NCBI GenBank assembly: GCA_963851175.1
Contig: CAWKNU010000002.1
Span: 308,357 to 348,356, forward strand
From: an uncultured Alphaproteobacteria bacterium
GTDB lineage: Bacteria > Pseudomonadota > Alphaproteobacteria > Rhizobiales > Beijerinckiaceae
Length of the DNA stretch: 40,000 nt
Direction of reading: 5' to 3'
Position numbers and translations under genes: made by a program. The notes below the pieces were generated by a model. That model did no database searches, was not told where the DNA came from, and worked only from the letters and a program-made list of their open reading frames with translations. Shown here one piece after another: positions 33,248-40,000 of the stretch (position 1 is the first letter of the stretch; each line of letters opens with the position of its first letter).

Positions 33248-35650
33248 TCAAGCGGCTTCGGCGTCCACCGGCTTGGCGAAGGAGAACCTCAGCTTGTTGG
33301 CAGGCTGGGGCCGATCGAACAGATAGCCCTGGACCTGGTCGCAACCGACGGACCGCAATTGTGCGAACTGGTCGGCCGTCTCGACGCCTTCGGCGGTGGT
33401 GGTCATGCCGAGGCTCGAGCCGAGTGCCGCGATCGATCCGACGATCGTTATGCAGTCCGGACGAGTAGAGAGTTCGCGCACGAACGACTGGTCGATCTTG
33501 ATCTTGTCGAACGGGAAGCTTCGAAGATAGCTCAACGAGGAATAGCCGGTACCGAAGTCGTCCATGGCGATGCGGATGCCGAGCGTGCGCAGCTGATGCA
33601 AGGTCATCAGCGTTGCATCGCTTTCGCTGAGCAGGACCGTTTCGGTGATTTCCAGTTCGAGCCGCGAAGCGGAAAGTCCGGTGGCCGTCAAGGCGCGTTG
33701 TACGGCCTCGACCAGATTGTTGGTCTTGAACTGGGCGGGCGAGAGATTGACCGCGACCGTGATCCTGCCGGGCCAGGTCGCGGCTTCAGCACAGGCCTGC
33801 CGCAGCACCCATTCGCCGAGTGCGGAAATCAGCCCGATGTCTTCCGCAACGGGAATGAATTCAGCCGGAGACACCATCCCGCGAGCCGGGTGGTGCCAGC
33901 GCAGGAGGGCCTCGAACCCGGAGACCTGCAGTGTTCGGACGTCGACGATCGGCTGGAAATAGAGTTGGAATTCCCCGTGCGCCATGGCCTTGCGCAGGTC
34001 CACCTCGAGGGCTCGCCGGGCCTTGATCTCGAGGTCCATGTCGGCTTCGAAGAAGCGGAAGCCGCGGCGCCCCTCGGCCTTGGCCCGGTAGAGTGCCAGA
34101 TCCGCGTTCTTCATCAGATCGTCAGCCGCGCAGTCGTTCATCGGACCCATGACGATACCGATGCTGGCGCTGATGACCACTTCCGAACCGTCGAGGACGT
34201 AAGGGCGACTGAGGCATTCGATGAGGCGTGTCGCCATGGCGCTGCTGCTCTCGGGCCCCTCGACATCGACCTGCAGAATAGCGAATTCGTCGCCCCCGAG
34301 CCGGGCCACGACGTCCCCCTCGCGTGCGCTCTCCTTGATGCGTGTTCCGACCTCCCTGAGGAGCGCGTCGCCGATGGGGTGGCCCAGGGAATCGTTCACG
34401 TCCTTGAACCCGTCGAGATCGAGGCAAAGGACGCCGAGACGGCTTCCGTGCCGCTCCGCCCGGGCGAGGGCGGATTTGAGCTGCTCGTGGAAATAGCGGC
34501 GATTGACGAGGCCGGTCAGCCCATCGTGGTGGGCCAGATAGGTGATCTGCGCCTCCGCTTGGCGCCGCTGGGTAATGTCCTCGTAGGTGGCCACCCAGCC
34601 GCCGTCCGGCATGGACTGATGTGCCACGGAGATCGTGCGCGTATCCTCGAAGTCCTGCACGAAGCTGACGAAGGATTTGTCTCCGCGAAGGCCGCCCTGC
34701 CGGGCGTAGATTTCCCTGAGATGGGTGCTGGCGCTGAGATTGATCAGATCGGGGAGCAGCATTCCTGGCATGGGGGCGAAATCGAGCGCAAACAACTCGG
34801 CAAAACGCTGGTTGTAGACCACCAGCTGTTCCGCCGCGTCCACCATGCACAGGGCCTGCGACATGTTGTTGAGCGCGGCGTCGAACCGCTTGTTCTGCGT
34901 GCCGAGTTCGCGGTCGCGACGCTGCAGGATCTCGTTGCGCGAGTGCAGTTCGGAATTCACCGATTGGACTTCGGAATGGGCGAGCTCGAGATCGGTCGAG
35001 GTCCGCCTGAGGTCCTTGGTCAGCGTATCGAGGTGGGAGCGTGCGCGTTCGAGAAGCTGGTTGTGCCAACCCAGCAGGCCGACCAGGAAGAATCCGCAGA
35101 GCAGCAGCCCGGCCACCATGACCGAAAAGGTCCAGTGCAGCCGAAGCAGTTCGGCCTGGTCCTGCGCCACCTTGTCGCCGCTGTAGGTGTGCGCGGCCGA
35201 CGCGATGTAGGCGAGCTTGCTGTCCAGCGGCGCGAGGATCTCGAGAGCCCTGACGATCGAACCCGGGCGGTCCAGCTCACCGACCAGGGCCTGGACCTGC
35301 TTGATGGCTCGCGACAGAAACTGGATCGTCGCCAGGATCTCGCGATCATGGGATGCGAAATCCTTGAATTCACCATGGTCGATGAGTTCGAGGCGGTTGG
35401 ACAGAATATCCAGCCTGAGCTGAACCTCGTCGCTGTCGATTTTCGAACCTGGAATGCCGGCAGCGGCGATCCGCTGCTCCAGCCGTACGAATTCCGCGCC
35501 GGCCTGACTGGCCAGCCAGGTTATGTCGTAGCGCGAAACGCGACGGAGGGCATCATGACGCTCGGCGGTCAACGTGGAAACGTAAATGGCGGCAACGGCT
35601 AAGCCGCACATGACCATGAACAGAATGATTTTTCCGGCTCGAAGCGACAC
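33248..35650 (-). CDS. Transmembrane sensor with a periplasmic domain, coiled coil, PAS, GGDEF and EAL domains (DcpA-like dual diguanylate cyclase/phosphodiesterase)
   Basis: The 800-aa protein has TM1 (IILFMVMCGLAVAAIYV), a ~150-aa periplasmic segment and TM2 (FSVMVAGLLLCGFFLVGLLGW). It has an I-site REGD five residues before an intact GGDEF, then EALLRW, DDFGTGYSS and EGVE. GTG follows GGAGG. Confidence 0.92.
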   Translation of the reverse strand: MSLRAGKIILFMVMCGLAVAAIYVSTLTAERHDALRRVSRYDITWLASQAGAEFVRLEQRIAAAGIPGSKIDSDEVQLRLDILSNRLELIDHGEFKDFASHDREILATIQFLSRAIKQVQALVGELDRPGSIVRALEILAPLDSKLAYIASAAHTYSGDKVAQDQAELLRLHWTFSVMVAGLLLCGFFLVGLLGWHNQLLERARSHLDTLTKDLRRTSTDLELAHSEVQSVNSELHSRNEILQRRDRELGTQNKRFDAALNNMSQALCMVDAAEQLVVYNQRFAELFALDFAPMPGMLLPDLINLSASTHLREIYARQGGLRGDKSFVSFVQDFEDTRTISVAHQSMPDGGWVATYEDITQRRQAEAQITYLAHHDGLTGLVNRRYFHEQLKSALARAERHGSRLGVLCLDLDGFKDVNDSLGHPIGDALLREVGTRIKESAREGDVVARLGGDEFAILQVDVEGPESSSAMATRLIECLSRPYVLDGSEVVISASIGIVMGPMNDCAADDLMKNADLALYRAKAEGRRGFRFFEADMDLEIKARRALEVDLRKAMAHGEFQLYFQPIVDVRTLQVSGFEALLRWHHPARGMVSPAEFIPVAEDIGLISALGEWVLRQACAEAATWPGRITVAVNLSPAQFKTNNLVEAVQRALTATGLSASRLELEITETVLLSESDATLMTLHQLRTLGIRIAMDDFGTGYSSLSYLRSFPFDKIKIDQSFVRELSTRPDCITIVGSIAALGSSLGMTTTAEGVETADQFAQLRSVGCDQVQGYLFDRPQPANKLRFSFAKPVDAEAA

Positions 35651-35713
35651 CGAACCTCCGCGGGCCCACCACCCCTCTCGGCTTGATGGCGCGACGATAA
35701 AGAGGAATTCTTA

Positions 35714-36211
35714 TCAAACCATGGAGTAGATCGCGGAATTCCCGCCATGCTCCTTCACCTCGACGCTTTCCGTCCAGGCGCGCCCTTCGCTCAACTGGCG
35801 AATGATTGCATCTACTTTGTCGTACACATATTTCGCGGTCGCCTCGCAGCCTACCGACGGCATGATGCGGATGTCCACGAGACCCTCGCGCGCGAGCGCC
35901 TCGAAGCGCTCCCGCTCGGGATCGTCAACAGCCACGATCATGGTGTGGTCGAACATCTCGTGCAGCCAAGCCTTCACGGGCTTCAAGGCTCCGAAGTCGA
36001 AGCACCAATTGCATTCGTCCAGCTGATGCGAGCAGAACACGAACCTGAACGCCAGCGCGTAGCCGTGAATCAGGCTGCAGTGGGAATGCTTGGCCCGCCA
36101 TTGCCGGAAGCAGCAGGACAGGCCTTCGTTGTGGTCGTAGGTCTTGGTCGACCGATAGATGCCGGCGGTTCGCACCGGCTGAAAAGGCTGAACGCCGATC
36201 TGATGGTTCAA
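35714..36211 (-). CDS. 6-pyruvoyl-tetrahydropterin synthase / QueD family protein
   Basis: The sequence is ...YRSTKTYDHNEGLSCCFRQWRAKHSHCSLIHGYALAFRFVF....DECNWCFDFGALKPVKAWLHEMFDHT.... It has the PTPS/QueD fold pattern with a CxxxHG motif. The start is uncertain: TTG at 36211 follows GAGG, and 36238 and 36175 are alternatives. The listed 226-aa ORF overlaps folE and is over-extended. Confidence 0.8.
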   Translation of the reverse strand: MNHQIGVQPFQPVRTAGIYRSTKTYDHNEGLSCCFRQWRAKHSHCSLIHGYALAFRFVFCSHQLDECNWCFDFGALKPVKAWLHEMFDHTMIVAVDDPERERFEALAREGLVDIRIMPSVGCEATAKYVYDKVDAIIRQLSEGRAWTESVEVKEHGGNSAIYSMV

Positions 36212-36252
36212 GACCGCCTCGCTGCCAAGTGCTCGCACGGGTTGTGCCGGGG

Positions 36253-36924
36253 TCAGTCCGCGTTGCGGTCCAGGATGGCGCATTCCTGCAAGAACTCGGA
36301 CCTGAGTTCCTTGTCTGTGAGCATGTCGCCGTAATAGGAGCTGTTGACCATCCGGCTGGAGCGCGGTGCCAAGACGCCGCGATGGGTCTTGCACATGTGC
36401 ACCGCACTGATCCGCACCGCGAGCCCGCGCGGTTCCGTCGTATCGACGATGAAGCGCTCGATCTGCTTGACCAGTTCTTCCTGGATCTGCAAGCGAGAGG
36501 CGAAATATTCGACGATCCGGTCGTATTTCGAAAGGCCGATGATCCGGCCATTGGCTGCCGGCAGGATTCCAATCGTCGCATGTCCGTAGATGGGCATGAG
36601 ATGGTGGGCACAGGTGGACCGCAAGGCGATGGGTCCAGTGACTATGAGCTGGTCGTAGTGCTCGACGTTCTCGAAATCGGTAATGCGCGGCGGCGACGTA
36701 AAGCGCCCTCGCATGGTTTCCTCGACGAACATCTTCGCCACGCGGGCCGGTGTGTCGCGCGTATTATGGTCGCTGCGATGGTCGATGCAGAGGATGTCGA
36801 ACAGTTCCTCGATTTTTCGGGCCGCGGCCTCTTTCATGGCTTCGCGATCGGCTTCGTTCATGAACCCGCGCACGGCCTCGTTGCACAGGCTTGGGACCAC
36901 CATCGGATTTACATGCTTGTTCAC
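36253..36924 (-). CDS. folE: GTP cyclohydrolase I (FolE type)
   Basis: The sequence contains ...NTRDTPARVAKMF..., ...STCAHHLMPIYG...IGILP...IIGLSKY.RIVEYFA.RLQIQEEL... and ...AVHMCKTHRGV.... Confidence 0.9.
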   Translation of the reverse strand: MNKHVNPMVVPSLCNEAVRGFMNEADREAMKEAAARKIEELFDILCIDHRSDHNTRDTPARVAKMFVEETMRGRFTSPPRITDFENVEHYDQLIVTGPIALRSTCAHHLMPIYGHATIGILPAANGRIIGLSKYDRIVEYFASRLQIQEELVKQIERFIVDTTEPRGLAVRISAVHMCKTHRGVLAPRSSRMVNSSYYGDMLTDKELRSEFLQECAILDRNAD

Positions 36925-37010
36925 GGGCGCAACCCTAATCGGACCCTGCGGGCGATAACCTGGGTTATATATGAATCGCGCGTTAGTGAAAGGAGTTAAT
37001 TTAACCTGAA

Positions 37011-37087
37011 ATGGTTAATTGGCATTAACGACCCGCCTCGGTTGCGCCCTAACATTTGCGATGTTTTGTCGCAATCATGGTTAATTC
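37011..37087. repeat. Direct repeat of ATGGTTAATT (x2) flanking the inverted repeat TTGCGA-N7-TCGCAA in the folE/pruR-like divergent intergenic region
   Basis: atggttaatt occurs at 37011-37020 and 37078-37087. ttgcga (37056-37061) pairs with tcgcaa (37069-37074). Additional TTAA/TTAAC elements lie at 36996-37029. Confidence 0.5.
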
Positions 37088-37222
37088 TTCCGTAGTTGTG
37101 TCATCCTAGCACAAAACGCGCCGCTAAACGCTTCGAGCGGGGCGCTTCATTAACGATATTGTATTCACGCGCCTTTAAGCGATTTCTGGCATGGAGGTGC
37201 GTCGCAACTGGAGTTCGGGCAC

Positions 37223-37747
37223 ATGATGGCCAACAAAACACGTTCGTGGATCGGTGGTGTGGCCCTCGCGTGCGCCGGTATCCTGGCCGCCGTATCGGCC
37301 CAGGCAGGTTCACTCGGCACGCCCAAGGATAAGCCGATCCTGACGATCTCAGGGGACATCACCGAAACCAACAGCCCCGATGGCGCCCAATTCGACCGCG
37401 GCATGCTCGAAGCGCTGGGCATGGTGACGGTCGAAACCACAACGCCTTGGTACAAGGGACCCATGAAGTTCGAGGGCGTCCCGATGGACAAGCTGATGGC
37501 CGATGTCGGGGCCAAGGGTGGCCATGTGGTCGCCTATGCGCTCAACGACTACAGCACCGAAATCCCGATGGAAGACTTCACCAAGCACCACACGATTTTG
37601 GCCCTGAAGCGGAACGGCGAATACATGCCGGTACGCGACAAGGGTCCGCTGTTCGTCATCTACCCTTATGACAGCGACCCCGAACTCAAGAGCCAAACCT
37701 ACTACAGCCGCTCCGCATGGCAGGTGGCTCGCCTGGTCGTCAAGTAA
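37223..37747 (+). CDS. Periplasmic SUOX-fold (oxidoreductase molybdopterin-binding domain-like) protein, PruR-like candidate pterin-binding protein
   Basis: The Sec signal is MMANKTRSWIGGVALACAGILAAVSAQA. The ~145-aa mature domain reads ...FDRGMLEALG...TTTPWYKGPMKFEGVPMDKLM...YALNDYSTEIPMEDF...ALKRNGEYMPVRDKGPLFVIYPYD..., resembling the small molybdopterin-binding-domain family. The mature region has no cysteine, so it has no Mo-ligating Cys. Confidence 0.7.
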   Translation: MMANKTRSWIGGVALACAGILAAVSAQAGSLGTPKDKPILTISGDITETNSPDGAQFDRGMLEALGMVTVETTTPWYKGPMKFEGVPMDKLMADVGAKGGHVVAYALNDYSTEIPMEDFTKHHTILALKRNGEYMPVRDKGPLFVIYPYDSDPELKSQTYYSRSAWQVARLVVK

Positions 37748-37755
37748 CCGGCCCA

Positions 37756-37775
37756 GGGGCGGTTTGCGCCGCCCC
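37756..37775. terminator. Possible bidirectional hairpin between convergent genes
   Basis: ggggcgg-tttgcg-ccgcccc forms a hairpin. There is no clear T tract on either side. Confidence 0.3.
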
Positions 37776-37810
37776 CGATACATTCTGCCAACGCTCAACT
37801 GCGGGGCGCA

Positions 37811-40000
37811 CTATATTGCCGCCTCGACAGCCTCAATGAGCGCTGTGGCCGGCGCGCCGTCGAGCCCCGGAACCTCGATCTCATCCCCCTCCTCCGCACC
37901 GGCCAGAACTTGGCCGAGAGGCGTTGTCAGCGACACCGATCCACGCGCTTCCCCGGCGCCGTCCTGCGCAATGCGGATCGTCAAGCGCTTGCGATCGGCA
38001 AACAGTAGCGCGACCCGATCTCCGACCTTGATGCCGGTGCCGGCATGGGGCGCGAGGTCGGCGCCGTTGATGCTCTCGGGCGCGGGCAGTTCCTTGTCCC
38101 CCGGAGGTGTTGGCGGGTCGGATGTTGCCGTGACGATACGATGTTCGGTCAACCGGTACGCCGCCCTGGCCCCTGCCGTGCCGGTCAGCGGCTCGACATC
38201 CTGCTTTTTCAGCGCGTCGACCAGGTCCGTCATGACGCCATCCGGATCGCGATAGAAGCTCGACGCGAAGCAGCGCCAGAACCGCCAGCCGACCCGCTCC
38301 AGTATCCGCTGCCGGCGCATGTCCTCGCGCCATTGCTGCGGGCCATGGAAGCTGTCCCCGTCGCATTCGATCGCGAGACGGCGGCCCTCGGCACCCTCGA
38401 CGACAAGGTCGATGCGAAAGCCCTCGGCGCCGACCTGCGGCTCGACCCGGTAGCCCAGTTCCAGCAGGCGGCGCATCACGTCCCGCTCGAACTCCGAGTC
38501 GCAGGCTGCATAAAGGTCCTCGGCTTGGCTGGGCCGCGTCGGCATCGGATCGGCGAAATGGGCGATCAGCTTTGCCTTCAGGTCCTTGGGATTGAGATCC
38601 TCGAGCGGCACCGAGCGCACCAGCACGAGCCGATCCCGGGCCCGCGACGCGGCGACGTTGAACCTCTGCTCGTAGCGCAGCATCGTCAGCGTCGTGCGGC
38701 GCTTGCGATCGGCCACCATGGACAGGAACACGATGTCGCGTTCGTTGCCCTGGAAGGTGGCGCTGTCGCCGCACAGGATCGCATGGCGCTGCATCATCTC
38801 TTCGCCGAAGCGGTCCGACAACATGACCCGGACCAGTTCCGCCTGCTCGGCGCCGATCAGCGAGATCACGCCGATGGAACGGTGCCGGTGCGCTGGGTTC
38901 TCGAGCAGCGTGGCGATCTCGTCGACGATGACCTGGGCCTCGGGACGGTTGATCTTGCGGCCGCCGTCCCGGATGCCGTGCGGCACGAAGATATCGACGA
39001 GCGGCGGGTCGAGTCGCTCCTGCGCAGAGGGGATGCGCAGCGGGATCAGCTTCTCGGGGTAGAACTGCATGGAGAAGCGGATGATCGGCTCGACGCAGCG
39101 GAAATGCTCCTTCAGCATCAGCCGACTGTCGGGGAACACGGCCCGCATGAGATCGTACAGGCTCTCGCCCGGCTCCAGCAGGCTGCGGTACGGCAGATCC
39201 CGCAGGTAATGGTGACGCAATTGTTCGATCTTGGTCTGTGTCACGAAAGGCGCGGTCGGGCTGACCTGCCTGTCATCCCCGACGGCCAGGATCTTGCGGC
39301 CGCGCAGCAGTGCCGGGATTTCGGTCACGTCCGATTGGGAGGCCTCATCGAGGATCACGAGATCGAAGGCGGCGAGATCGGACGGTAATTGTTCTGCGAC
39401 GCGCCAGGTCGGCATGATCCAGCACGGCACGGCATCGTAGCATCGGGCCATGGCGTCGCGGGCGGCGCGGCGGTGGTGACCGGCGCCTTTGCCCGTCCCC
39501 TTACCGAGCCGGCCGAGCGCTCGAACATATTCGACAAGCGCGGATTTGACACGCGGCGATAGCCGGCGCTCCAGGGCATGAAAGGCACGTTCACGCACGA
39601 GTTCGACGAAGAGCTTGCGTCCGCGCCGGTCCGCCGCGTCGCGCTCGCGGGCGAGCGCCAGCAGGTCCTCGCGACCGTCCATGCGAGCGAGATGCCCCTC
39701 TGCGGCACCGCTATCCCATGCGGCGCGCCAGTCATCCGGAACGAGCGCGTCGCCATCCGGGTCAGGCGGCACGGTCCTCAGCCGGTGCGCCCAGTCCGGC
39801 GCGCCCGCCGCGGCCACCCGCGCGCATAGGGCCGCGAGTGCTTGGAGGTGACCGGCCACGGCGCGCAGTTTCGCGATACGCGCCTCGATGCCGCTCCAAA
39901 GCGCCTCGATCCTGGCCGTGTCGACCCCCTCTCGGCCTATTATCTCGGCGAAGAACTGGCGCGCCATCGTCGAGGTACGGTCGTCGCCCACGAACAGCGC
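37811..40000 (-). CDS. Superfamily 1 (Upf1/DNA2-like, AAA_11/AAA_12-type) helicase fused to a DUF559/Vsr-like nuclease-fold domain and a GreA/GreB-C-terminal-like domain; N-terminus outside the window
   Basis: The helicase motifs are DLVILDEASQ (II), ILAVGDDRQ (III), SATFQGNERDIVFLS (V) and RFNVAASRARDRLVLV (VI). EFERDVMRRLLELGYRVEPQVGAEGFRIDLVV....LAIECDGDSFHG......D..R...LERVGWRFWR is a DUF559-type pattern. The tail is KVGDRVALLF.....LTIRI......G.VSLTTPLGQVLAGAEEGDEIEV. The reading frame stays open to base 40000. Confidence 0.85.
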   Translation of the reverse strand, partial: ALFVGDDRTSTMARQFFAEIIGREGVDTARIEALWSGIEARIAKLRAVAGHLQALAALCARVAAAGAPDWAHRLRTVPPDPDGDALVPDDWRAAWDSGAAEGHLARMDGREDLLALARERDAADRRGRKLFVELVRERAFHALERRLSPRVKSALVEYVRALGRLGKGTGKGAGHHRRAARDAMARCYDAVPCWIMPTWRVAEQLPSDLAAFDLVILDEASQSDVTEIPALLRGRKILAVGDDRQVSPTAPFVTQTKIEQLRHHYLRDLPYRSLLEPGESLYDLMRAVFPDSRLMLKEHFRCVEPIIRFSMQFYPEKLIPLRIPSAQERLDPPLVDIFVPHGIRDGGRKINRPEAQVIVDEIATLLENPAHRHRSIGVISLIGAEQAELVRVMLSDRFGEEMMQRHAILCGDSATFQGNERDIVFLSMVADRKRRTTLTMLRYEQRFNVAASRARDRLVLVRSVPLEDLNPKDLKAKLIAHFADPMPTRPSQAEDLYAACDSEFERDVMRRLLELGYRVEPQVGAEGFRIDLVVEGAEGRRLAIECDGDSFHGPQQWREDMRRQRILERVGWRFWRCFASSFYRDPDGVMTDLVDALKKQDVEPLTGTAGARAAYRLTEHRIVTATSDPPTPPGDKELPAPESINGADLAPHAGTGIKVGDRVALLFADRKRLTIRIAQDGAGEARGSVSLTTPLGQVLAGAEEGDEIEVPGLDGAPATALIEAVEAAI

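Noticed and set aside
36996-37029. TTAA...TTAAC pairs in the folE/pruR-like intergenic region, considered as CtrA boxes.
   Set aside because: The spacings are 1, 10 and 6 nt, not the canonical 7. Only the site at 31736-31751 is a true TTAA-N7-TTAAC. These are kept as an unexplained motif array rather than CtrA sites.
1-40000. Mobile elements, prophage, CRISPR arrays, tRNA/rRNA genes and long exact repeats.
   Set aside because: No transposase, integrase or phage-like translations were seen. No spacer-repeat periodicity or cloverleaf candidates turned up in the intergenic gaps. The only repeated DNA is the diverged rSAM paralogy, the DUF3891 remnant and the short motifs reported.

Overview
This is a visibly GC-rich, Hyphomicrobiales/Rhizobiales-type alphaproteobacterial chromosome segment with no transposase, integrase, CRISPR array, tRNA or rRNA. 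It is mostly housekeeping genes. These are the F0 ATP synthase operon (atpI-B-E-F2-F), purS-purQ, gshA, ubiE-ubiB, mutM, betC, and an operon-like 6S RNA/5-formyl-THF cyclo-ligase/YmdB-like/mch run.

Four regions are not ordinary.
1. 7.5-14.5 kb holds three full-length paralogous ~600-aa cobalamin-type (class B) radical SAM genes. They sit around a DUF3891-like gene, with a decayed second DUF3891 3' end. An orphan form-II CoxL-like molybdoenzyme subunit lies on one flank and an isolated mch on the other. No substrate gene is evident.
2. 33.2-37.8 kb holds folE, a PTPS/QueD-like gene and a transmembrane GGDEF-EAL protein in one direction. A cysteine-free periplasmic SUOX-fold (PruR-like) protein is transcribed divergently. 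This looks like a self-contained pterin-to-c-di-GMP signalling module.
3. 30.0-32.4 kb holds three paralogous coiled-coil proteins of unknown function. One sits behind a perfect CtrA box.
4. The window ends inside an SF1 helicase fused to a DUF559-type nuclease fold and a GreA-C-like tail.

Three conserved genes (atpF, a HAD hydrolase, gshA) each carry an apparent single-base insertion frameshift. All calls come from reading the translations and sequence by eye. No searches or computations were run.
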